Of a DNA stretch of 64,000 bases, positions 40,505 through 52,738 are shown piece by piece. The notes beneath the pieces are model-generated. The model was not told where the DNA came from, made no database searches, and worked only from the letters and a program-made list of their open reading frames with translations. Origin of the DNA: Lama guanicoe (Eukaryota); the NCBI GenBank assembly GCA_013239625.1, contig MU054001.1, positions 2,548,151-2,612,150 of the forward strand. The letters are read 5' to 3'. The first letter of the stretch is position 1, and every line of letters starts with the position of its first letter. The position numbers were made by a program, and so were the translations under genes.

Positions 40505-40928
40505 TGCATTAGTTGCCTATGGCTGCCATATGAACTAAGTTGGCTTAAAACAATAGAAACTTATTCTCAAGCAGTTCTGTAGAATAGACGTCTGGAGTCA
40601 AGGTGCCAGCAGGGCCGTGTTCCTTCCAAAGGCTAGAATCCTTTCTTGCCTCTTCCAGCATTGGGTAGGTATTTCTTTGGCAGCATAACTCCAATCCTCC
40701 ATTTTTACCTGCTGTCTTCTCGCCATGTGTCTCTGTATCTCCAAATCATTTTCTCCTTATAAGGAAACTTGTCATTGGATTTAGGGTCCATCCTAATCCC
40801 ATACAATCTCATTTTAACGTGATTTCATATGCAAAGATCTTGTTTCTAAATAAAGCCACATTCACAAGTACCTGGGGTTAGGATCTGAACATATCTTTTT
40901 TGAGGGGGATATAATTCAACCTACAATA
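40505..40928 (-). mobile_element. MLT1C-like solo LTR abutting the left arm
   Basis: tgcattagttgcctatggctgccata...ggcttaaaacaatagaaacttattctc...ggatttagggtcca...ataattcaacctacaata. Confidence 0.85.
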
Positions 40929-41254
40929 GTTGTGAAAGTAAAGACATGTATGTGTATGTATATGTATGTATACCTACATACAATATCACGGGTCTATGAA
41001 GCTAACAACATGAAGAGAAGTACAATTCCTATTAATGAGCAAAATAATCTAGCTCTTAGAAATCTTTCTCCAGGATCCATGTACAAGTTGCCATTTCTTT
41101 AATTCCAAATACCCCACCCCAAATATATCATAAATTAGCTCTACAGCAGTCATTTAATTCTGTGCCATGAAGCCATCCTCTAAAGAGGTCCCTTCAGCAT
41201 TTCAATAACAGAATCACCTTGGCTAAGGGAAAAGAAGGAAAAATGGAGAAAAGA

Positions 41255-41470
41255 ACGCGAATTTATTGAACATTGATCATTACTTAAGGTTACGATAATT
41301 CCTCATCTAATCAGTGTAACCACCCTGTAAAGGAAATGCCATGTTTTTTGCTGTTGTTGTTGTTGTGTAGATGATCAAACTGAAGCTCAACAGACCAGTG
41401 TCATGTCTAAAGACTCAGTAAAAGGGGGTCTAGAAGACTGAGACTCTGGCTGTTCTGAATCAAGATCTCA
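41255..41470 (-). mobile_element. MIR SINE (in the inverted-repeat spacer)
   Basis: aatttattgaaca...tcatctaatcagtgtaaccaccctg...aaactgaagctca. Confidence 0.55.
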
Positions 41471-42689
41471 GGATGACTTTTTTTGTTCCCAGTTTCATTC
41501 TAGAGAAAATGCTGTGTGTAATAACAGTCTTATCTCTTTAGCAACTAAACAATATTAAAGATACAATCTGAAAAGTGAAGGAAGTGCCCCCAATCTCTGT
41601 ATACTTTAGTGTCCCAGTTTTATGGTTTAGGAATCTCTCACTTAGGACTCTGCTCCTACATACTGAGTCTAAATGGCCCAGTTACTGGAGGTGCTACCTC
41701 CCACCTCAGTGCTTTGTTGTTCGTTTATTCATCCATTCAGTGAATATTATTGGATATCTGCTGTATTCTAGGTGTGGAGTTCTATTAGTGACTAGAACAA
41801 GCCCTTACAATACTTATAGCTTTATGGCAGTTAAAGCATTGACCCTATAGGTCAAACTAATGTTTCACTTTTGGCACCAAGGATGAGAATGATTTGGGTC
41901 AAATCAACCTAAAACTCAAGAAAAAGGAGAAAAAAGGAGAAAAAAGCAACATGCACATACCTGATGTGAATCAGTTCCCACGGGCCATTGAATGCTCCTT
42001 GGCCCCCAACCCAGTAAATTATATTAAGATAGAAGTGGGGTGCGGGAGAAAGAGAAAAGCTAAGGGATGGAGAAACTGCCCCCAAAATAGGAGAGATAAA
42101 AGACTATTCATGCAGGTAACTCAGAGTTGAAAATATTCGTTTTTTCATACCATAGGGGATGGTAGAAAGGAGAATATTGCTTCTAAATGCACAAATACTG
42201 GCCTGCTTTAAAAATTCAAATCAGAGTACAGGTTCACAGAGCTTCCAGAATCCTGCATAAAATCAAAGATACACGAGGCAGGAAAAGCTGCAGTCCAATT
42301 AGACGGTGTAGAAGCCAGCTAGCATGAGTGGGGGTGGGGAGGTGAGGCGGGTCACCTTCCAAAGCACCAGGGAGGACATCTGGGGACAGGTAAGAAGAAG
42401 GGGAGTCTGAGGCACATCAAATTAGTTTTTTTTTTTTCCTATAGATTCCTATAGTCAAGTCTTTGAGACTTTTTTTTTCCCCTTTGTCTTCTGAAACTCA
42501 TGGAAATTTTCAGTGTAATACATTTGTCATCAAGGCAGATAAAGCACATTTGCAGTCAGCCAAGAATAATGTAGCAATGGCCCAGTTGTGTCTGGGTCTC
42601 AATTTTGAGTCCTAGCTCTGTGCAGTACTCAAAGCCAGACAAGGTCAGAATAAGTTCCCATCACCAGGCTTTACCAAGAAGTCATGAGT

Positions 42690-42960
42690 CTGGAAGAAAG
42701 CAAATCATACACATTTACTGCATCATTGTATGTAGCAGTAAAAACTGGAAGCAGCCCAAATTTAATACAGGTGAATAGATGCATATACTGTGGTATATTC
42801 GAATAACGTAGCCCTATACAGGAGTCTGGGCAAAATAATTAGATCTATGTAGTAATATGGCTAGATCTCAGAGACTTGTTTTAGAAATACTTTCAACAAT
42901 TCACCCTGAATATATTTATTTATATATGTACATATTTATTTGTACATTATGTATATGTTC
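42690..42960 (+). mobile_element. Old L1 3' fragment (in the spacer)
   Basis: gtagcagtaaaaactggaagcagcccaaat...gaatagatgcatatactgtggtatattc. Confidence 0.6.
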
Positions 42961-42984
42961 AACCATACTAATGTATTTTGTTTC

Positions 42985-43300
42985 TTTTTTTGGAAGGGAA
43001 GATCCATTTGCAGTTTATTATTTTTTTGTTTTCATATTCTTTTTCATTAAAGGTTATTACAAGATATTGAATGTAGTTTCCTATGCTATACAGAAGAAAT
43101 TTCTTTTTTTAAATGTTTTTATATGTGGTGGTTAAAATTTGCTAATCTCAAACTCCCAAATTTATCTCTTCCCACCCTCTTTCTGAGTCTGTTTCTGTTT
43201 TGTAAATGAGTTCATTAATGTCCCCTTTTTTCTTTTTTTTAGATTCCACATGTAACTGATATCATATGATATTTTTCTTTCTCTTTCTGGTTTACTTCAC
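42985..43300 (-). mobile_element. Lineage-specific L1 3' end (in the spacer)
   Basis: ggttattacaagatattgaat...tttagattccacatgtaactgatatcat...ttacttcactt. Confidence 0.85.
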
Positions 43301-43454
43301 TTTGTTTCTGAAGTATATACTAAAATGGCAATGAAAAAGAATGAGATAAAAAATAAAAATGATAATAGCCCTCAGAATTTGACAATTTGACAAGTTTAGT
43401 GACTCCTGCTTTAGTAGGGTATTTTTTCTTTAAAAGCCAAAACACACACATAGC

Positions 43455-44177
43455 CTACCTGAAGTTTTCACAATTTTACAAATGTTTACACTGATCTCCT
43501 ATTGACTGAAAAGGCAACAGAATTCATTGGACCAAACTCATGTTTGATAGTGATAATTATCTATTTGTAGGCTATCAACTTTTATTAATTGTCAACCTCA
43601 TGGCTCACACATTGCTTTCTCAAACCTTATCTCGTCTGACCCTGATGATGGCATTTCAAGATAAGGAAGGCAGGTAATAGCATTTCCATTAGACCAATGA
43701 GAGAGACTAAAGGTCACACAGTAAGAACTAGACCCAAGGCTTGAATCTAGGACACCTGCTTCAGTTTCATCTGTGTTTGACTAAACCCCGTTGCCCTGTT
43801 CTGGAAACACTTCAGACCAACGTTTCCCAGGCCCCACATGAACTCTACAACATAACCAACATGTGGGTGCTGGGCATGTGCTGAGTTCTCTGGAAAGCAG
43901 AGGCAAGGCAAGGATTGAAGTGCTGGTGTTGCACCTGGGAGCTGCCAGCTTGCAGTGGTGAAGGTGAGGAAAAAGGAAAGGATGCAAAGCAATGGAGGAG
44001 ATGGCCTGCTGGACTGGCCACCTCGTCTCAGCGAGCCACAGTGTAAAACAGCAGGCCCCTCAGCGAGTAAATGTGCTGGGCACACTGGACTTTTCCAGAG
44101 GGACTCCACGGAAGAAGCACAGGATGACGGAAAGAGGGGAACATTATCTGCCTGTCTTCCCCCAGACTCTTGCTTCC
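43455..44177 (-). repeat. Inverted repeat, right arm (~723 bp)
   Basis: Reverse complement of 39776-40499. Confidence 0.97.
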
Positions 44178-44719
44178 CCTTGGTTAGTATTCATCCCGTG
44201 ATGAGATGACTGCCCTTCCACTCATTTCCAGGTGACCTCATTTGGCCCTTTGTGGCAGTAAATACATATTCCAGTGTGATGAGAGAAATGTGCACTGGTC
44301 ATGTATGCTCAGCTTTATGATAAATTTTTATTAATGAATTTTTCTCCTCTCTGGCCACTAAAATGGTCTTGCAGAAAAAAAAAAAATCCAACCACAGTTC
44401 TCTCAGAGTCTCCTGCTCCCAAGGGAAAAGGCAGAAGGACAGGATGCTGTGAGGATGCTCTGCTAAAGTAGATAAAACTCAAGAGGGGTTCATATATTCA
44501 ATTCTTGTGTGCTCTCTGCTAAGCATCTTGCATACATTCTCTCATTCAGTCGTCATTAGTATGGAATAAACACCTGCATTTTGTAGACGAGCTACTGAGT
44601 CTCCAAAAAGATGAATAATTTGAGAAAATCAACTGAAAGGAATATGTTGTCAAGCTCAACATTTGTGCCCAAATTATCTGCACAGAATTCATAAGCATTG
44701 TTAAACTACTTGATCTTTA

Positions 44720-45246
44720 TCATAATTTCATCGACTCTAAGGCACCACTGATTGAAGTCAATCTATTCTTTTATGTGTGACTAAGACATTAAAGCAAACC
44801 AGTGCCAATTAAATGGGTGCATAGCTGTATCACTCCGAACCTTCACTTTTAACCTATTGAAAGTTTACTTTTAAACTCATTTAGACATGCTGATATTATG
44901 CATAGAAAAGAAAATATAGTTGAGATACATTTGTGAGGCTATTTCTAAAACGTCATCATTTTTGAGGTCTTGAAGATGTTTTGAGTAACATTTCATCTGG
45001 GTTGTCAATGCACATTCTATACCACACAGAGACTAGGTAATGAATATTTTGCTTAAGAGAATGTACTCTCGTCTCCAGGTTTTTCTTGCAAGCCATTGAC
45101 ACCCATTCTACACAATTTGATGCCCATGAACAGACAGTGGCAACTACATTATGAGTGCTACCTGGCCAGTAACGATTATGATATGCACCCAATTTCAGAC
45201 ATGCAAAAAGGTGAGAAATACACATTTTAGAATCTATGAAGTATGG
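44720..45246 (-). mobile_element. TcMar-Tc2 (Kanga/MER104-like) DNA transposon deletion derivative
   Basis: Inverted termini cataatttcatcgactctaag ... ttagaatctatgaagtatgg. Confidence 0.7.
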
Positions 45247-45989
45247 AAATTTGATCCCTGCTCATAATCTAAATGTTCTTTTCCATTTAGAATAAAATGT
45301 TTTTCTCCCATGACCTAGGGGATTTCTGTTGGCTGTATAGACTTATTGGGGGAAAAACGTAGAAAATCTTTCTGTTGCTGGGTTTCAGTAATCCCAGCAT
45401 CAACATTAATGAATTGGATTACTTTATAGGTAAACCCAACCCCTTCCATTCTTTGCCGGCTTTGATATTTAACTGTGTTTGAGAAAGTTTTCCACTAAAA
45501 CTCCTTTGCTTTTAACTTATGTGAAGTCTTAAGTACAATTCATCATCTTATCTAATCTGATATCCGAGGATAGCTTTGTCAAGGCACAGCCAAGTATTGG
45601 CAATCCCTCAGAAACCTCAGAAGAATGAATAAAAGAAAAATGATTTAAAGCTGGAAGATTTATGTAGAAGTTTGAAATCTTTTGAAAAACTGAACAACAG
45701 ACCCCTTCCCAAATCTGTTAATGCTGGCTTTGGAATATGAATAGAAAAGCAGACTCTGAGAGCAGAGACGGATCTTGGGATATCATCTTGTCTATTGCAA
45801 GAGGAATATCTAGCATCCTGGCCAGATAATACTACACCTCTGGTCCCAGATTTCCTCAAAGAACAAATTCCCTCACCTGCAGTAACTGTTCAGTGCCTCA
45901 CTTCCCTGAAAAAATGCTCCAGATTTTTCTTGATATCATTTATTCTTGCCCTTCAAACATAGATGACCCTGTCCCTTATATAGCAAAGG

Positions 45990-46230
45990 GGATGCACAGT
46001 ATAAAAGTTCAAAGTACGGTTCCAAACCCAGATTTGAATCTCAGCTCTGAAATTTATTAGCTGTGTGACCCTGGGCTAATTTTGTAGCCTCTCTGCATCT
46101 TGTTTTCTTATCTATAAAGTGGAGCATACTATTGTGTCTATTTAATGGTATAGTTATGAGTGACTGTTTAAGCCCTAACACATAGTAAATACCTGGAACC
46201 TGGTAGGTGTTTTGTAAGTGCCTTTTAAAT
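45990..46230 (+). mobile_element. MIR SINE
   Basis: ttgaatctcagctctgaaatttattagctgtgtgaccctgggc...tctataaagtggag. Confidence 0.8.
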
Positions 46231-46839
46231 AAAACAAAAGTAAGAATTGTTTCCATTAATTCAAGTTCTTTTAAATAAGATGCACTGAATTGGGGTCCTT
46301 CATTATGTCATATGTCCACTGCTTCCTTTAATTTCAAAGGAGAAACAATGAACCAGCATAGCCACCTGGACTGTTTTTTCCACTGGGATATTTACCTCTG
46401 GAGATATACCTACATATTTTTTTTTCCTGAAATTCTGATAAATGGAGATATGAATGTCCTGGGTTGATATGCAGCCTGCTCTGTGTGTAAATGAAGTATG
46501 CATATTTTGCTTTCTTATTGATTAACTTTATAAGTTTGTGCTTCTTGCTACGTCAGGAGAGATGGAACTTACAAGGTCTTCTGGCCAAGGCAACTTGGAC
46601 ATTGCAATTTAGAGAAAGTTTGCCTGGCACCAAAGTCAGAGCTCTTAACTGCGAGATTTAAGGCTCTTCACTCCAGGGCTCTCCTGTAAGTGTGCCTCAG
46701 CCCTACCCCAGGTGTTGTTTCCCTTTATTCTGTTACCTTCTGGACAAGCAGTTTTTGGATTTCAGTTTCTAATAGAAGGAATCTGAATGTCAGTAAACTT
46801 TTCTTTCAGTCAGGCTGCTTCTTAGGCCACCAGCCAGCC

Positions 46840-46960
46840 CCACTCCAATCCACAGCCACCCTCACGTAACAGCAAGGTGCTGCCCTTGGGGTTAGGGTGT
46901 GAACAGAGGCCACGGCTACATTGATTGGAGCATAAAAGGCAGAGTCTCCTCTAGTAGCAA
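46840..46960 (+). promoter_or_regulatory. Candidate Pol II core promoter (CACCC / CCAAT / CATAAAA)
   Basis: ccaat ~46844, ccaccc ~46856, agggtgtg ~46894, gattgg ~46923, CATAAAAGG at 46931, followed ~105 nt later by a strong donor. Confidence 0.4.
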
Positions 46961-47035
46961 ACAGATGGACATGTATGATACAGACATCCTAGACCAACTT
47001 TGTCCATTCATGGAAGCAAAATTCAGCAAGCCCTG
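46960..47035 (+). other. Candidate first exon
   Basis: Begins ~30 nt after CATAAAA and ends CTG|GTAAGT; ATG at 46965 is open to the donor (MDMYDTDILDQLCPFMEAKFSKP); no protein recognised. Confidence 0.35.
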
Positions 47036-47334
47036 GTAAGTACATCTTTTTGTTCTAGAAGTTTCCTATTTCAAACTCAGAATTTCCAATGTAGGTTTGT
47101 TAGTAGAATATAATCTCCATAGAGCAGGGACACACCACCAAGTCAGCCTTGTATGGGTCTGTATCCCTAATGCCTTCCAAGTTGTCCAGCCATGAGGGGC
47201 CCTCATTCAACATTCAATGAGAGGATTTGTCATTTCCTTTGAAGTGACTTCACGTTTTTAATTAAGATATTGGTCAGCCAACTGGAGTGGTCAGAGCAAT
47301 TGTACTGAATTATTTTAAGGAAAGTTTCAGTTTT

Positions 47335-47635
47335 GCTAGATGAGTCTAGAGACCCGCTGTATAACATACTAGCTTTGGTTAACATGGCGTCATGCACCTC
47401 AGAATTTATTAAGAGGACAGATCTCACATTAAGTGTTCTTGCCACAAAACAATGACAACAACAAGAACCAAAGGGACACAAGGAAACTCTGGGAGGTGTT
47501 TGGATTAGTCTTATTGTCTTGATTGTGGTGATGGTATCATGAATGTGTGCGTAAGTTCAAATTCATCAGATTGGACACATTTAGTGTGTCCAATCTGTAT
47601 ATCAACTGTACCTCAGTCAATATGAAAAAAAATGA
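47335..47635 (+). mobile_element. L1MA/MB-type 3' end
   Basis: taagaggacagatctcacattaagtgttct...cttgattgtggtgatggt...tatcaactgtacctca followed by an A tail. Confidence 0.8.
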
Positions 47636-49784
47636 ATGGAAGGAAGGAGAGGTGAAGGGATGAAAAAGGAGAAGAGGAAGGAAAAGAGCCTCAGTTTCTC
47701 AGTAGTTGAGTTAAGAGTGACTCTTGTTCACATTGTTAGCTGTGCTTCAGGACCACCCTTACTTCTCAAGAAGTCCAATGCCTTGTCCTAGCAACTGCCA
47801 AATAAATCAGAGCCAGTTGGAGAACTTACTGGACTGTAAGTGAAAATGAGTATCTGGAATGTTCTTGGGTATTTTTTATCTCTTTTAGAAATTATAATAG
47901 TAATAATTGCCTATTACATTTTTTTTTAATCAAAAAGTAAGAAATGCAACAAAATGAAAGTCTTCTTTCCTCTTCTTGCCCTTGCACTCTCATCTAGGTC
48001 CTCCAAAGTAGCCTCATTGACAGTTTGATGTCTCTACTTCCAGGACACTCTTCTATGATGTAACACAAATATAGGTAGGGGTGTGTGTGTGTGTATGCAC
48101 ATTATATACATTTATAGAGAAACTGACATGTAAGTTAGTTATGGATCTTAGGACACAAACTCAAAAGATTCTTTGTTTTCAATAAATCAACATATTTTGA
48201 TTCTGAATTTCTATGCTTTCAAGCTGGCAGGAAATTCAGCCTCAAATCAAGATTCCTGAGCTCCCAAGGGTTGCACCAAGACCCTAGGATCTTATGAGAC
48301 ATTTTCATGAAGGCTCCTTGGGTCTTCTCTCCATATTGTTTACTGCTGAGATGTCCCTGGTCTCTGTTAACATGGTCCTTTCCAGATATGCTTGGCTAAA
48401 CCTCTACTAGTGGCCAGGATTTTGAATGGGCAAAGAAAAACAGTATTGTTTATCATATAAAAAGGCATTCTACCTAGACGTGTTTATATTGTTTCAGAAA
48501 TGAGGCTATCATGGCACATACCTATGTAAAAAAATTATTATAGTTAAGCCCACAAAACTATCCTCACTTTAACTATGAAGCTAAATTGATTTTTCTGCCC
48601 TTTCTCCTGATGGTGAATTAACAGATTTCATTAAGCGTAAGGAGAAAGCTACATACGCCCCCTGTCTGGTTCAGACTGTGTGCACCAAGTTCTCTGCTAC
48701 TACATCCTTTGTAGTGATGTTCAGAGCCAAGCCTCACAATAATATGCAACATGAAGTAAATCATTACTTGAATTACTTGTACGGCACTGCCTGCCTTGTA
48801 GAACTACCCCTGGTTTCTTCTCATTACGTTTTTCTCCTTTCCTCATTACTTCGTGGGTGTATTGATTAGTTTTTTTTATTTCTGTTTTCTTTCCCTTCTG
48901 TTTGTTCTCCTCTTTGTCCTCATTTTCCTAACTGCAGCAGAAGCTCAGCCTACTCCACTGCGAGGGATGAAGCCCCTTAATGAAACAATTGGAGATAAGG
49001 GCCTGGGCTCCTCACACGCTGTCAATAACTATCTTTGAAGTTTAAAGGAGAAGCATGAACCTTGTGATCTTGGAGGAGCCGGTTCGCTTAGCAATTTGAG
49101 CTGATTGGTTCGAACAATATATCCGAGGCACCGAGGGAGGGGGAGTCTTGACCCATTTCACATTATATACCCAACTTGAGTTTTAAGCAACTTCTGAGGC
49201 TTCAGCTAAGTCAAGAAACTTCTAGAGCTCCAGGACTCACAAAGTACATAGTCCAGGAACATTCATCATGTTATCTTATCTGATAGTGACGTTTCCCCTT
49301 CTGTTCGCCAAAATAGAAAAGTCAATGCATTTGGGTGATGTGCCCTTGGCATTACAGTCTAAGGCATCTCAGAGAAGTTCTCCTGGCCAAGTTGACATGT
49401 GCTGTTGGAGTGTGAGAAGTCAGTTTTGTCTTTCAGCTTCCCAAATTTCTATCAACTGGAAGTGCAGCTGCTATCTGAAATCTGAATTCTCAATGTCCAT
49501 GGAGATAATGTGTCAACTTCTAAAATTTATATTAGAGTAGCTAATAAAGCTGGCTATCATTTAAATTCTGTGCTTAAAGGATAAGGAGAAAAATGCATGA
49601 AATTGGAAACCTTCATCTTTTTAGCATACTGACTCAATGCCTATTTATTGTTATCCATGCTAATATTTTCCATTATCATGAGATAACTGGTTATGGAATT
49701 CTGAAACATTTGTGGTTCTTGTGCCCCTAAATTGTATATATGACTTAGTAAATCCCCAAATTTATTTTGATTTTCCACAGCTCC

Positions 49785-50650
49785 GTCAATGCCTAAACCT
49801 TTCTACCTGTGTCATATGAGACTCAGTGATCATCCACAAAATCTCCTGTATCATATTCTTTGAACATTCTCCTCAGCATTGTGCTCTGAGACCTGGCTAC
49901 CCTTTAAGGACATTGCTTCCCATAATGTTGGACGAGAGCCTGGAGATAGACCATTTCCTTCTTTTTCCTTATTGCTCTTTCTAGATCATTTCCCTCTCCT
50001 CTTCCCTAAACACCAGTTCCTTTGAGATGCATGCTATCAGACTGTTTACTCCTACCCCTTTTTGATACAGTCATCTATTCACATCTGAGCCACTCCACAT
50101 CCCATGCATGAACAATTTAAACAGCTTAATAGTTCTCTCCCATAGTCACAACTTTATCATTCTTGGTGGAGCCAACCTCTGCAAGGATGATCCATCCAAC
50201 CTGTCGGTATCTTACGCTCTTACCTTCCTCCCTTCCAAAGGTCTTCTCCATGCTTCCTCTTTTAGTCATCCTTTTCCATGATGTCACCCTGAACCTCTAA
50301 GCTCATTCCCATTCCAGGACTTTTGCATTTATCTGGGACATTTTCTCCAGACCTTTCATAGCTTGTCCCCTCAGTTATGCAGGTCTCTGTTAAAACAAAA
50401 CTTCCTTAGAGAGACTTTTTGGACTACCCTATCTAAAATAACCATCCTACCCTAACCCTCACCCCTCCCTATCTTATAACTCTTTGTTTTTCTTCATATC
50501 TCTTATTACCATCTTGACTGTATAAAAGTATTTCCTGTCTCCCTCTAGAATATATGCTCATGAGGATAGGATTTTGTCTGATTGTTCCTTGTACTTAAAT
50601 CCTGTCAACTCATATTAGGCCCTAAATAGGATTTGAGAATTAAATAATGA
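49785..50650 (+). mobile_element. LINE-2 fragments
   Basis: C/T-rich L2 body and 3' end (ccaggacttttgca...cttccttagagagac...tgtctccctctagaatatatgctcatgagg). Confidence 0.7.
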
Positions 50651-51439
50651 AGATGTTATGTATGTTTATAGTTATGTACTAATTTAGTATGAACACTTTC
50701 AGGCCATTTAGTGAATTATTGCACTATTTCAATACTCAAATGATAACCCTGATATACTAAGAGCATTCCTGGGAATCATTTCCATCAGAATTTTTATATT
50801 TCCCCACTTGAAATTTTTCTCATTGCTTTTTAATTAATCCAGTCACATTCATAGCCTATTCTGAATTGCTGTGTAGATTTCTCATGGGAGCAATTTGGAA
50901 ACAGGCAGGCCAGCTCTTAATAATATTTCTAGCATAAGTTTGGATAATTCTTTTTATTCTGGATGAGAAAAATTGCATTAGATGGCAAGGGTGAGAGAAC
51001 ATGGGTCATTCTTGTGAATGAGATTTATTGCTTGCTTAATTTTCAAGGAAATACCCTTAACTCCTTCTTAAGCTATGGGTCACAGTTTTCCTGTGTTCAT
51101 GTAGTAGCTTTATTCATGGGCCTGATATTTGCCCCTTCTGAGGCATTCTGAGATCCTGAATCAGAAAAAGATGTATACAAAGATGATCCATTGACCTGCT
51201 GGCTATGAGGCCTCCTGCGGGGCCATTTCTCCAGAGGTGGGGATTTTTAATTTTTTCCTAAGGCATTCACTAATTCTTTTCTGATTTTTCTTCTGATCAG
51301 TGGCCTAAAGACATCTAGCAGTATCCAAAGACACAGACCAATGTTGAAGAAAAGACTTTCCCCTTGTGCAAACCTAACTAAACTTTATATAGACTTTGAC
51401 CTCATTAGCTCTTTCTCTAAGCAATCTGTAGCACACTAC

Positions 51440-51836
51440 TGTTAAAAAACAAAATTCAACTGAGTAAATTTAAAGATCTAATTGGCTTTATTCAATGATT
51501 CATGAATTGGGTGGTATCGCATCTAACAAATAGAAAGGAGCTCTGGGGAGCTGTACAAGATGAAAAGCTTTTATAGGCGGAAGGGGGTGGGGAAGTGATG
51601 TTTCTAGCAAAGAGTGAATTATTTCAGGCAAGGTCACCTTTTGATGGGGGACAGAAAGGGTCTATCAGGCAGATTACCTAACTAGTGCCTACTAGGTAAT
51701 TCCTGATTGACTGGTTAAAGGTCACATTCCTGGGAAAGGCTGAAACTACAGTTAAGTTAGGTATTAAGTCTTAGTTTGCTGATGTGGTGCTTAGCACAAG
51801 TGACTCCATTTGGGGCCTGTTATTTCTCTTTTAATA
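51440..51836 (-). mobile_element. ERV1-class solo LTR
   Basis: tgttaaaaaacaaaattcaactgagtaaatttaaag...ctttattcaatgattcatgaattggg...tttctcttttaata; near-TSD ctac/ctag. Confidence 0.75.
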
Positions 51837-51899
51837 CTAGCAAGGTTAATAAGCATAGATAAAGGTCTTTCCTAAGGTACTGCCTTTGAAATTTTAATT

Positions 51900-52738
51900 T
51901 TATATTTGGAGATTTGTGATTCTGATTCTGATTGCCAACATCTAGGGGGATTCTCCTCATCACTAAGCAATTCTCCAACACCAGCTGGGTGTCCTAAAGT
52001 TCAACTCGATTCTGACGCTGTCTACCTGGATGTTGCATAAGATCCCACATGTTAAGGGTTTGATTCTACAAGACTGCCCCCTTCCCCCATTTCAGATGCC
52101 AATAGGAGCCCAAGTCCAGGTTGTCACCTGAGCTTCTGATCCACTAGCTGTTGATTGGAGGTTTGAATCACCCCTTCCTTGGGTTTGAGTAATTTGCTAA
52201 AGTGGCTCACGGAACTGAGAAAAACATTTTACATACTAGATTACTGGTTTATTATAAAGGGCTATGACTCAGGAACAGCCAGATGGAAGAGATGCACAGG
52301 GCAAGATATGGGGAGAGGGTGTGGAGCTTCCATGTCCTTTTCAGGTGCACCATGCTCCCTAAATCACCCTGTATTCACCGCTCTATGAACCCTGTCCCTT
52401 TGGGTTTTTATAGAGGCTTCATTGCATAGGCATGATTGATTAAATCATATGCCTATGGTGATTGAACACCATCTCCAGCTCCTCTCCCCTCCCCAGAGGT
52501 ACATTGAGGGCAGGGTTTAGGGCTGAAAGTTCCAACCCTCTAATCACATGGTTGGCTCCACTGGCAACAAGCTCCCTTTCTTAGGTGACCTAGGGACTTT
52601 CCGAAAGTTACTTGTTAACATAACAAAAGATGTCTTTATAGATTTCATATTTAGGAAATTCCAGGGGTTTTAGGAGCTCTGTGCCAGGAATAGGTCAAAG
52701 ATCTATATATATTTCTTACTATAAATTTCAACATCACA
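51900..52738 (-). mobile_element. MER21-family LTR
   Basis: ccagctgggtgtcct...aggaacagccagatggaagagatgcacagggcaag...ctgaaagttccaaccctctaatcacatgg...catcaca. Confidence 0.85.

Noticed and set aside
46931..46944. Beta-globin-like CATAAAAGGCAGAG
   Set aside because: The downstream sequence encodes nothing globin-like; kept only as a generic promoter candidate.
39776..47041. Assignment to ASIP/agouti because of an inverted duplication near a non-coding exon
   Set aside because: Architectural analogy only; I recognise no agouti sequence here.
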